From the IMG/VR virus record IMGVR_UViG_3300046499_000512: DNA of 64,000 bases, one strand, 5' to 3'. This DNA comes from an uncultured virus (IMG/VR IMGVR_UViG_3300046499_000512) (Duplodnaviria > Heunggongvirae > Uroviricota > Caudoviricetes). Below are positions 47,466 through 56,748 of the stretch, piece after piece (positions within the stretch are counted from its first letter, which is position 1; each line of letters opens with the position of its first letter). Under the pieces are notes generated by a model that searched no databases, was not told where the DNA came from, and was given only the letters and a program-made list of their open reading frames with translations. Made by a program: the position numbers and the translations under genes.

Positions 47466-47891
47466 ATGGACCAGCACAACCACGGCGAAGGATTTGCCGG
47501 AGAAGCCGAGGACTTCGCCGGACACCCGGTGAACATCCAGCTCATGGGCGATCTGGTGGGAGCATCCCTGGACGGCTGCCCTCCCTGCCAGGAGGCAGGA
47601 CTGAACCTGCTGGAAGCCGACCCCGTGACCACCGCCCGCCTGGTACACACGGCCTGTCTCAGCGTGGCCAGCCTGATGGGTGGCATCCCGTCGTCCCTGC
47701 ACAACCCGGACGTCTCCGGCATCGCCTCCACCGCCTTCCGGAACATCGCCCGCGCAGGTGTGGACATCGAGGACGAGCATGCCCTGATGCAGGGCATGCT
47801 GACGGTGAGCGAGGCCCTGACCCACGAACAGCGGCGTACGGCGGCGAACTCCGCCCTGGAGCTGCTGGCCGGATCGCTGGGGCAGGGCTGA
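47466..47891 (+). CDS. Hypothetical protein (GCPPCQ)
   Basis: AAGGA plus ATG at 47466. Confidence 0.6.
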   Translation: MDQHNHGEGFAGEAEDFAGHPVNIQLMGDLVGASLDGCPPCQEAGLNLLEADPVTTARLVHTACLSVASLMGGIPSSLHNPDVSGIASTAFRNIARAGVDIEDEHALMQGMLTVSEALTHEQRRTAANSALELLAGSLGQG

Positions 47892-48649
47892 TGGCCAGAC
47901 CGGAGGACGAGAAGACCTTTGAGATCTGTCCGTTCTGTCGGCATGCCGCCCACGGTGGTGGGGACGAGTGCGCGGCCGGAGTCAGCCACAACGACGGCAA
48001 GCGATGGCACCGCTGCCTGTGCCTGGCCAGGGAAGGGGCGGGGAACGCCTGCCCGCCCCTGATGGACTGCCGGGGCGGAGACCTCGGCTACGCCGACCTG
48101 TACTACCTCCAGCAGGGGCACTCTCTCGTCCGGGCCAACCAGGTCATCACCCCGGCGGATCTGCTGGCTGCGGACAACGGCCGGATCGTCGGCTACCGCT
48201 CCCGGTTCGCCGATACGATGCTCCGCTGCCTGGAGCACGGCCCCCATCAGCCCGCTTCTCCGGACTGGGTCCCGGTCACCGCCTCGAACGTGGAAACGGG
48301 TCCCCGGCGCACCTGCTCCTACAGGGGCTGCGGTGTCGATGTGCTGACCGTGAAGCCCGCCCCGGCGACTCCGTGCGATGAGGACATGCCGTGCGACTGG
48401 GAGGGCAGCGGGGAGCCTTGCGGGCGGCACGAGAGGGAGCAGGCGCACGCGGAGGGGGATCACACGTTCTGCGAGATGGAGCCGACCTGCGAGGTCACGT
48501 ATCCGTCGGACATGCTGCGGAACACGGTTCTGTACCGCGCGATACCCGGCTCGAAGAACATGCTGAGGGAGCTGGAGCGGCGGGCGGAGGCCCGAGGAAG
48601 AGCACAGCGGTCCCCGAGCGAGAGCCTGGGATGTGCCGGAGAAGAGTGA
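47891..48649 (+). CDS. Cys/His-rich hypothetical protein
   Basis: TGATG coupling; multiple Cys/His clusters. Confidence 0.6.
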   Translation: MARPEDEKTFEICPFCRHAAHGGGDECAAGVSHNDGKRWHRCLCLAREGAGNACPPLMDCRGGDLGYADLYYLQQGHSLVRANQVITPADLLAADNGRIVGYRSRFADTMLRCLEHGPHQPASPDWVPVTASNVETGPRRTCSYRGCGVDVLTVKPAPATPCDEDMPCDWEGSGEPCGRHEREQAHAEGDHTFCEMEPTCEVTYPSDMLRNTVLYRAIPGSKNMLRELERRAEARGRAQRSPSESLGCAGEE

Positions 48650-48907
48650 CGGCGTTCCCGGCGCCTGCACCTCAGGGACCGCAGTTCCACCCTAACGGGC
48701 TCAGAGGGCCCTGTCAGGCCGCACGGAAGCCTTCCGGACATCCTGGGGCCACCGGGGGATTCTCGGCCGTTCTGGGCATGGTTGTGGGCCGTCTGGGGTA
48801 GGTTCCGTCTCACGCCTCCGGGGGCACGCCCCCGAACGCACCCCCGGACGCACGAAACGCCCCGATCTCCTGGTTGCAGAGATCGGGGCGTTTTTGGTTT
48901 CAGGAGG

Positions 48908-49138
48908 TCAGATGCGGTTGACCAGATCGGCGAAGCGGGCCATCTCCCGGAGCATCGCGTCATGCGTCGCCTTGTCCGGCGTCTCGATGATGAACAGGGA
49001 GTCCAGCAGGCCCTTCTCCTCCGTGAAGGGCAGCCGGGAGACCAGGAGCTGTCGGCGGACCTCGCGGCGGAAGAACGCCGTAACTCGCCACGTGATGCGG
49101 CCGGTTCCGGCGGGAGGCGGAAGCTGAGGGAGGGGCAT
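48908..49138 (-). CDS. Hypothetical protein
   Basis: AGGAG plus ATG at 49138. Confidence 0.5.
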   Translation of the reverse strand: MPLPQLPPPAGTGRITWRVTAFFRREVRRQLLVSRLPFTEEKGLLDSLFIIETPDKATHDAMLREMARFADLVNRI

Positions 49139-49231
49139 GAAATCTCCTGTGCTGGTGTTTTCCTTGTAGCCCCACCGTAGCAGACCTGTTAGGGTAGATA
49201 CAACATTCCCTGTTCCTCCCGGAGGCACCCC

Positions 49232-49456
49232 ATGTCTTCACACAAAGACACCGCCGCCCTCATCCGCGAACTGCGCCGCAACAAGATCGCCAAGAAACAA
49301 GGCTGGGACATATGGCAGGCCAAGAACGGCTGCCACTACTACGTAGAGCACCGAGGCCACCGAGTCGCCACCCTCAGCCACACCCCCAGCGACTACCACT
49401 CCCTCAAGAACACCCGTGCTGACCTGCGCCGGGCCGGATTCCCCTTCGACCGATGA
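49232..49456 (+). CDS. HicA-like (dsRBD fold) protein
   Basis: LI..L..QGW......GCHY......T...TPSD....KN..ADLRRAG; motif at 49187. Confidence 0.6.
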   Translation: MSSHKDTAALIRELRRNKIAKKQGWDIWQAKNGCHYYVEHRGHRVATLSHTPSDYHSLKNTRADLRRAGFPFDR

Positions 49457-50005
49457 GATCCAGCAGCCTCCTCGGCAGGCTCATTAACACTTGCCGGTAA
49501 CCCGGGCGGGGTTACCCTATTTGCAGAGGTCTCATTCCTCACCCGCCCCCACAGTGAAGCCGTCCAGCTCCATGGGCGGCTTCATTGCGTGCCACGAAAG
49601 GCCAGAAGCGTGATCGGTACCCGGCAAGCCATGCGGCTGCGCATCATCAGGGGGAAGAGGGCCATGGATGATCTCATCCGGTTCGTCGGCAACCAGCTCA
49701 CCCGGGACCGGGTACGCGCCGGAGCGGGACCCGGCCTGCTCGAAGTCGAATTCAAACAGACCGTATTCGATCTTCACCGGCCCCGCTACGACGGCAACGT
49801 CTGGGTGTGCGACGGCTGCACCCGCTACGACACGATCCGCATGCGCCCGATCGTCGTCTACGCACCGTGCTCCCAGATGGAAGCCCTGGCCCGGGTCTTC
49901 ACCTACCGCCCGGGATTCGACCCGGGGTGGATAGGCGCCGAAGAATCCGCGTGAACAGCAAAGAGCCCGTCCTCTCCAGGAGAGGACGGGCTCTTTGCTG
50001 TGTGC

Positions 50006-50452
50006 CTAGTTGTAGTAGGGGGCGTAGTCCTCGTGACGGAAGAGACCGTAGAGGCCCGGGATGGTGGCCAGGCCGCGCTCGTTGGCGACCTTGTAGCAGG
50101 GGTCGCAGAAGTCGCCGCGCCAGGTCCCCCAGCGCCGCACGCCGTCCTGGCCGCATCCGTCGCAGCGCTGGAGCTGCTTGCACTGCTCCGAGCCACAGGT
50201 TCCCGTGCCTGCCCAGCCGTCACAGTCGCGCTCGAACAGCTCGGGGCGCGCGCCGCACCATGCACACGCCTTGACCTCACGGGTGAAGACGCGCTTTTCC
50301 ACGGCCCAGCCGTAGGGGAACTCGGGGTCCTTGCGGTAGCGCGCGGCGTCGGCGATGGAGATCGTCCACTCGTGCCCCTTACGGGGGACGACGACGTAGC
50401 TCACGGTCGTTTCGAGGACGGTCGCGTTGCGCCAGAAGGTCTTGACGGTCAT
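50006..50452 (-). CDS. Cys-rich hypothetical protein
   Basis: AAGGAG RBS; motif at 50481; four CxxC-type pairs. Confidence 0.65.
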   Translation of the reverse strand: MTVKTFWRNATVLETTVSYVVVPRKGHEWTISIADAARYRKDPEFPYGWAVEKRVFTREVKACAWCGARPELFERDCDGWAGTGTCGSEQCKQLQRCDGCGQDGVRRWGTWRGDFCDPCYKVANERGLATIPGLYGLFRHEDYAPYYN

Positions 50453-50583
50453 GGGGATCTCCTTGGTGGTGTTCCGTGCTGATATATCTACCCTAGCATA
50501 CGGATTAGACGGAACACAACCTTCCGTTTAAGCTGCGTGACCTCGGTTACCCGAACCAACTCACACAAAGGAGGGCGATCGTT

Positions 50584-50760
50584 GTGACCTGCCCCATTCA
50601 CGTATCCCGATTCATGTCGGACAACACGCCCACCGGGGGCGCCTGGGTCTTCGGCTACCCGTGCGGGGAACCGACCCGCGACCCGGTGACCGGCGCCTGC
50701 AAGGACCACCAGGCACCCTGGAGCCGCTACGACGAGATCACCCGCCTCCTGCGGGCATGA
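50584..50760 (+). CDS. 58-aa hypothetical protein
   Basis: Hand translation from AAAGGAGG plus GTG; followed by a hairpin at 50762-50790. Confidence 0.45.
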   Translation: MTCPIHVSRFMSDNTPTGGAWVFGYPCGEPTRDPVTGACKDHQAPWSRYDEITRLLRA

Positions 50761-50791
50761 GAAAGCCCCTGCCACTGCGGCAGGGGCTTTC

Positions 50792-51079
50792 TCAGTTCTC
50801 CGTAAGGGCCAGCAGCTCCAGGGCCGTCGGCAGGGGCACCGCGCCCCCTACGTGAGCTTCCAGGAGGGCTCTGGCACCCATCCGGGCGTCCGGCTGATCC
50901 AGGGACGGTACGACGTTCCCCACGAGGATCAGCTCCTCTCCCTCCAGAGCCCTCCAGCCGTGTGGCCGGGATGCACCGGCGAGGCCGTGCCGGTCCTGGT
51001 CGTAGATGCAGCCGAGGAACTTGCCGTCAAGCCACAGGGTGTCGCCTGTGCCGTCCGTCTCCCAGCGGAGCCCGCTCAT
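50792..51079 (-). CDS. Hypothetical protein
   Basis: AAGGAG plus ATG at 51079, coupled to an upstream 53-aa membrane peptide (51076-51237) under the motif at 51259. Confidence 0.55.
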   Translation of the reverse strand: MSGLRWETDGTGDTLWLDGKFLGCIYDQDRHGLAGASRPHGWRALEGEELILVGNVVPSLDQPDARMGARALLEAHVGGAVPLPTALELLALTEN

Positions 51080-51327
51080 GCCTGGCGCTCCTTGGTCTTG
51101 CCCTGGAAGTACCAGCCCCATCCGGCGAATCCGGCGGCGAACAGTGCGGCGAACAGCTCCCCGTGAAAGACCGCAGAGACGGCGCTCAGGGCGAGGACGT
51201 AGCAGAGGCCTGCCGGTATCCAGAACAGCTTGCGCATGGTGATGCAACTCCTTCATTGGATGTATCTACCCTAGCAAAAAAGGTGGGGGGCTGCAAGAAA
51301 CCCTGCAACCCCCCACCCCGCCCGAAC

Positions 51328-51837
51328 TCAGCCGGAACCCGGACCCAACTCCTCCAGCAGATCCGGATTCACGATCGTCAGGATCGTCCGCACATCCCCC
51401 GGACTCGCCCCCGCCCACAACGTCTGACGCGCCTTCTGGTACTTCCTGCCCAACCGCTCCCGCTGCTTCGCCTCCAGGGATGCCGCCCGGTCCGCCCGCG
51501 AGTTGTGCGCGTTGTCCGAGATCTTCACCCGGCACGCCCGCCAATGCCAGGAGATTCGCTCCAGCCTCCCCTGGTAGTCCTCCCCCGGCCGGTTCGTCAC
51601 CGCATCCACGACCTCCAGCACCGACTCCGGGATACCCGCCGTCCGCAGCTCATCCAGCGTCCACGGCGTGTCCTCCACAATGTCGTGAAGCAGACCGGCC
51701 ATCTCCATCTCCGGCCCGAACGGCGCCAGACCATCAGCCACCGCCCGCACGTGCTGGAAGTACGGCACACCGATTTTGTCCACCTGCCCCTCGTGCGCCT
51801 CGCGGGCCAGCCACTCCACTTCCTCCACGCTGATCAT
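51328..51837 (-). CDS. HD-domain RelA/SpoT-like small alarmone hydrolase (Mesh1/SAH-like)
   Basis: AH.GQ.DK.G.PY..H...VA, LLHDIVEDT, V.AVT, VK.SD..HN. Confidence 0.82.
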   Translation of the reverse strand: MISVEEVEWLAREAHEGQVDKIGVPYFQHVRAVADGLAPFGPEMEMAGLLHDIVEDTPWTLDELRTAGIPESVLEVVDAVTNRPGEDYQGRLERISWHWRACRVKISDNAHNSRADRAASLEAKQRERLGRKYQKARQTLWAGASPGDVRTILTIVNPDLLEELGPGSG

Positions 51838-52289
51838 TCCGACCTCTCCACTCTCTCCACGTGCGTCACGGCCACCTTCGCCAACTCAGCCAAAGCGGGA
51901 TGCTCCTCGGCCAACTCCTCCAAAGCGGCCATGAGTCTGAACCGGAACTGAACCACCAGATCGAACGGGGCGGGCGGCAGTTCCACGACCACCCTGTACT
52001 CCTCCAGGCTCACGCCGGGCCCTCCTTCGGCGCGACCGGCGGCCACTCGTCCACGATCACCAGATCCGCCGACGGGCCTCGCCACCCCGGCGGCGGCCCG
52101 GATCCCTCGCCGAACCCATGGAAGGCTTCCAGGAGATGTCTCCGGGCCGACTCCGTCACCACGGGCCCCAGGTTGCCCCTGAGGGACGTCTCGCCCCCCT
52201 CAGGGGCGCCGGGAAGCCCTCCGGGGGCGTACGGGGTGTCGTCGGGATTCTCGGTCATCTCTGTTACTCCGATGTTAGTTACTCGCGGG

Positions 52290-52691
52290 TTAGTTCATTC
52301 CGGGGCAGCCGCAGTCCGGGCAGGTTCTGCACGGCTCGGGGTACAGGGCGAAATTGGCCGCTTCGTCGGCAATCTCCACTGCTCGCCGCACTTCCCGCTC
52401 GTCCAGACCGAAGATCCGCCAGTTCGCGATCAGGTGCAGAGCCGCCTTCACGCCGAACGTTTCCATGGGCCGGTCGGACAACTGATAGTCACCCTCCCAG
52501 ACCTGCCAATGCACTTGGCGACGGTTCGCCGGGTCCAGGACCACGCGGGTGGTGTACTTGCCGGACTCGCTCTCCCAGTCCCAGACGGGAAGGCCGTCCA
52601 CGATGTCGGGTTCCAGGATCCAGCCGCCGTCCGTCACGAGGATGGACGTGGGCCAGTCGGTCTGTTCGATGAACTCGTTCAAGCTGCTCAC
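52290..52691 (-). CDS. Hypothetical protein
   Basis: GTGA-coupled operon member; C-terminal CPDCGC. Confidence 0.6.
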   Translation of the reverse strand: MSSLNEFIEQTDWPTSILVTDGGWILEPDIVDGLPVWDWESESGKYTTRVVLDPANRRQVHWQVWEGDYQLSDRPMETFGVKAALHLIANWRIFGLDEREVRRAVEIADEAANFALYPEPCRTCPDCGCPGMN

Positions 52692-52890
52692 TGGGTCTTC
52701 TCCACTTCTACGCCATGGGCGTGTACGACCTGGTAATCAACGTGCACCCAGGCGCCGTCGACCTTGACTCGGATCTCGCGGAGCTGACCGCTGATCTGGG
52801 CGTCGATGTCGGTGATGGCGGCATCAACCCCTTCCGGGCTCGGGTCGGAGGTCTCGATCTCCATGGAGAACGTCAGGCGGACCGCCTGCT

Positions 52891-53247
52891 TCACGGGGTC
52901 TCCTTGATGCTCACGGGGGCGGGGGTGGCGACGTGCGGGGCTTCAACGCTCTCGATCTGGGCGACGAGTGCAAGGACCCACGTCGGGGTGTTCTCCTCCG
53001 ACAGCCAGAAGTGCTCCTTGCCATGGACCACCCCGGGGGTCTCGTCGGCCTTCAGCTTGGGGCCGGTGACGGTGAGGTGGCGGTCAACCTTCAGGCGGGG
53101 TACGCCGCCGAGGCCTCGCCCCGGGAAGACGCGGGCGGAGAAGTCGGCGGCGATCATGACGGCGCCGTTGCGCAGAAGGATCCTCGGTCCGTCTTTGATC
53201 TTGCCGGTCACGGTGTACGAGACGGCGATTTCGAAGGTGGCTTCCAT
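52891..53247 (-). CDS. Hypothetical protein
   Basis: GAGG RBS; operon context. Confidence 0.6.
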   Translation of the reverse strand: MEATFEIAVSYTVTGKIKDGPRILLRNGAVMIAADFSARVFPGRGLGGVPRLKVDRHLTVTGPKLKADETPGVVHGKEHFWLSEENTPTWVLALVAQIESVEAPHVATPAPVSIKETP

Positions 53248-53256
53248 GGGGGCCTC

Positions 53257-53592
53257 TCAGTCCTTGTTGCAGTCGTAGCAGGAGCACCAGGCAGCATCGA
53301 CGTGCTGATCAGGCACCAGGCCCGCCGTGGCCATCGCGATGTTCGCCATGTTCAGGTCGAGGCCCGCGTTCCTGAAGTGCTTGATGTTCTCCTGCACTTC
53401 GCCGCGCGCCGTCACGAGGAACCACGGCTCTTGTTCGCGCAGGAGGTGTTCGCCGTGAAAGACCCGCCAGAACGTCTGTCCGTTTTTCAGCCAGTCGATC
53501 TGATGACGCACGCCGTGCTGGCCGTTCCACTCCCAGCGATAGCCACCGCCGTCGAGCTTCTCGGCCGTTTTCAGGGTCTGCTTGTGCGCCAT
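53257..53592 (-). CDS. Hypothetical protein (C-terminal CSCYDC)
   Basis: TAATG coupling; operon under the motif at 53746. Confidence 0.6.
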   Translation of the reverse strand: MAHKQTLKTAEKLDGGGYRWEWNGQHGVRHQIDWLKNGQTFWRVFHGEHLLREQEPWFLVTARGEVQENIKHFRNAGLDLNMANIAMATAGLVPDQHVDAAWCSCYDCNKD

Positions 53593-53834
53593 TAGAAGAC
53601 CACCCGAACGACCAGGTACGTGACAAGGGCCGCGAAGAGGCCGAAGCCGACCGCGAGTGCCACGTACTTCCAGTTGGTCAGAATGTCCTTGATCAGATAG
53701 CGAGTCACGTCGTCCACGGCGAGTCTCCTTGAGTAGGTGTCTCTTGATTTATCTACCCTAGCACACTGCGCGCAGGGGAACAACCAGCACAGCAAAAAGC
53801 CCCCGCCGGGAAGACGGGGGCCCCTGCCGGAACG

Positions 53835-54035
53835 TCAGCCCTGCATCAGGTTCCGCTTGACGTGATCACCAGCTCGGGCCACCAGCTCTTCGTAGGAGAA
53901 GCCCAGGTCGGACCAGCCAGCCGCCGCCGCGAACTGTGCCGCAACGCGCCGCTTGCCCTGGGGCATCATGTCGGTCATGGTCTCCACGAAAACCAGGTGG
54001 ACGGCAATCTTGTTGATCTTCGGCATGTCGTACAT
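53835..54035 (-). CDS. Hypothetical protein
   Basis: GGGAG RBS; motif at 54063. Confidence 0.65.
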   Translation of the reverse strand: MYDMPKINKIAVHLVFVETMTDMMPQGKRRVAAQFAAAAGWSDLGFSYEELVARAGDHVKRNLMQG

Positions 54036-54126
54036 GAGGACTCCCCTGGGTTGGTGTGTCTTGATGTATCTACCCTAGCATATATGAAAGAAGGGATGCA
54101 ACCCGACAGGGCTACATCCCTTCTCG

Positions 54127-54477
54127 CTAGCGACGGCCGAAGAACCACACCCGGCGGCCCTGTTCCCGAAGATCAGGCGCCTTCGGAGGCTGCGGCAGCG
54201 CGTGGCACTCCCGGCCGTAGTACCGCAGCCCTGTCCCCGGGAGAACCCAGGGTCGCGGGTGGGTACCTACCGGCCCGGGGTCATACGCCATCTCCCGGCC
54301 CTCGTACGGGGCCATGGAGCAGACGACGACCAGACCGGCGTCCCGGGCCCAGCGCAGCATCTTGGTGTGCTGAGGACCCCGGTTGTAGCAGAACTGGAAA
54401 CCTCCGGAGCAGTACTCCCCGCCGGACGTGTAGACGGGGACCTTGCAGGAGGGGCAGCGATAGGGTGTGTCGCTCAT
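54127..54477 (-). CDS. Hypothetical Cys-containing protein
   Basis: GAGGAG RBS; motif at 54500. Confidence 0.65.
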   Translation of the reverse strand: MSDTPYRCPSCKVPVYTSGGEYCSGGFQFCYNRGPQHTKMLRWARDAGLVVVCSMAPYEGREMAYDPGPVGTHPRPWVLPGTGLRYYGRECHALPQPPKAPDLREQGRRVWFFGRR

Positions 54478-55263
54478 GAGTCGTTCTCCTCGGTGTCTCG
54501 ATATATCTACCCTAGCATATGGACCCTGGAAACAGAAGAGAGCCCCACCCTCGGCCGTGAGTTCCTAGGCCCAACCGAGAGGGGACTCTCTCCTGCGGTA
54601 CACCGTGGAGCCACCAGACTAGCCCGTCATCGGCTCCACCAGATCCGGCCTGAACTGGACGAACTCCTCCACCAGTTCATCCCCCTCACCGTTGATCTCC
54701 GAGATCCGCCCCGACCCGAACGGGACCAGGATCTCGAACGGCTTCGACTCATCCAGCCGAACCAACAGGCCCACCGTCGTGATCATCACCGACGGGTAGA
54801 GGACAAGCTCCGCCCGATCGGCAGACCAGACCATCGCAGACAGCATCAATTCCCCTTCTGTGCGTCCAGGATGTCCCGGACCTCGCGGATCGGCGTACGG
54901 AACCGCATCGCCACCATCATCAACGGCGAGTGATACCAGCCCTTGGCATACCCACGGCGGTACTCCCGGTTCTGGCGAACAGCCTTCCAGTACAGGTACA
55001 TCCGGCGTTCCCGGGTCTGGCTCACACCGCGCTCCCGTCCGGGTACAGGCCCTCGTTGAACCGGTCCCCACCCAGCTCCCAGGCAGCCGCGAAGGCCTCC
55101 CGGACAGCCACCGGAGCCTTCTCCACCCAGCCGGGGTATGCCGGGGCGGTGCGGGCGTGCTCCGGGCCGTACGCGGCCACGAAGTTGGCGTGGTCCCAGC
55201 CACGGTCCAGGCCTATGGCCGTCGCGCGGTCCAGCTCCGAAACGTCGGCGGTGAAGTCGATCA

Positions 55264-55596
55264 TCAGTTCTCCTCGGTGCGGTTGGTGACGGTGATCTTG
55301 TAGGCGGAGGTGCCCTCGGTGGGCTCGAACATCGTGGCGGTGTAGCGCTGCGACAGGCGGCGCTCCATCAGGTGCATCTCCTTGTCGACCAGCTCGCGGC
55401 GTCTCTCCGGCGGCATGTGGGAGGCGTGGGATCCGAGCGTGTAGCGGACCTCGGTCCACCCGTCCTGGTCGTGGACCTCGAAGCCGCTGGTGGTGATGGG
55501 GAAGCCCTTGATGCGGGTGGCCCGGTTCTGGCTCCGGTGGAAACCGCCTCGGGAGAGGAAGGCACTGACGGCGTTCGGCCTGGTGCTGTACGGCAT
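55264..55596 (-). CDS. GF.V..FEP.EG paralog family member
   Basis: GAGGAG plus ATG at 55596; motif at 55625. Confidence 0.7.
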   Translation of the reverse strand: MPYSTRPNAVSAFLSRGGFHRSQNRATRIKGFPITTSGFEVHDQDGWTEVRYTLGSHASHMPPERRRELVDKEMHLMERRLSQRYTATMFEPTEGTSAYKITVTNRTEEN

Positions 55597-55885
55597 GGGG
55601 ACTCTCCTCGGGTTGGTGTGTCGGGATATATCTACCCTAGCACGAGGTGAGGAAGGGGGCAACAGGTCCGGACACGACAAACCCCCTGTGGGGTCAAACC
55701 CGCGCCGGGGCTCGTCCACAAGGGGTTTGTCTCCCTTTGACCGTCGCAAGACGGGCATTCCGCACCTTACACACGAAAGTCCCAAAGACGTCTGTGGGAC
55801 ACGGCAAACCCCCCGGAGGTCGCAGCCACTAGCCTGGCTCGCTCACGGGGGGTTTGCCCTCACTGGAAGGTGAAGCAACACGCTA

Positions 55886-56209
55886 TCAGGGTCCGGCAAG
55901 CCAGCCCGGCGTATAGGCGTGGACCTGAACAGCCGTCTCCAGCCCCGGGAACGACACCCGGCATACCCAGCCCGCCTCCTCGAACGCGTTGTCGAGGTAG
56001 CCGAACAGGGACCGGCTGGCCTCCCTCATGGCCGGGGCGATGGACCGGGCCACCACACACGTGCCGGTGAACGAGAACTGCATGAGTTCCTGATGGGGTG
56101 CCCCGGCAAGGGCCAGAGCGATCAGGGGCGCGGCCTCCCGGATGATCCGGGCGGACTGCTCCGCGCGGAGGGCGGCGAGCTGCTCCTCGGTGAAGGGTTC
56201 GTACGTCAC
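55886..56209 (-). CDS. Hypothetical protein, paralog of 62871-63149
   Basis: LF.YLD..F..AGW..R.S..HAY.PGWL; AGGAG plus GTG. Confidence 0.65.
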   Translation of the reverse strand: MTYEPFTEEQLAALRAEQSARIIREAAPLIALALAGAPHQELMQFSFTGTCVVARSIAPAMREASRSLFGYLDNAFEEAGWVCRVSFPGLETAVQVHAYTPGWLAGP

Positions 56210-56267
56210 GGTGTCTCCTGGGGGTATGAGGAAGCCCCCGGGGCATTCCCGGGGGCCGTGTGAGGGG

Positions 56268-56552
56268 TCAGGCGAGACCGTGGATCTGGTCCAGGGTGAC
56301 GAAGTGCAGGAAGCCCTTGGAGGCGATTCGAGCGCGCGTGATGCCGTCCACGTCGTCGCGGATGTCATCGAGACGGCCCGTGAGGTACTGGCCGTCATAG
56401 GTGAAGGCGACCTTCTTGCCGATGCGCCCCAGGTGGGCCAGCTTGTCGGCGAGGGCGTCCACGGCCGCGCCCTGGTCGATGTCGAAGTCAGAGGCGCCCC
56501 GGTAGAGGCCGATGGCGCGCGTGATGATGTCGATGTCCTGGGGCGTGAACAT
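56268..56552 (-). CDS. Hypothetical protein
   Basis: AAGGAG plus ATG at 56552; motif at 56584. Confidence 0.65.
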   Translation of the reverse strand: MFTPQDIDIITRAIGLYRGASDFDIDQGAAVDALADKLAHLGRIGKKVAFTYDGQYLTGRLDDIRDDVDGITRARIASKGFLHFVTLDQIHGLA

Positions 56553-56748
56553 GGAAGTCTCCTTGAGTCGGTGTCTCCTTGGTGATGTATCTACCCTAAC
56601 ACATAGGGTGTGACTTAGGCAACAGGAAAGCCCCCCGGGCATATCCCAGAGGGCTAAACGCACAAAAAAGCAGAGGCCCACCAGGAAACCCGGTAGGCCT
56701 CGCACCCATCCGCCGCGACGGACAGGGGAATGAGCTACACCCTAGCAA

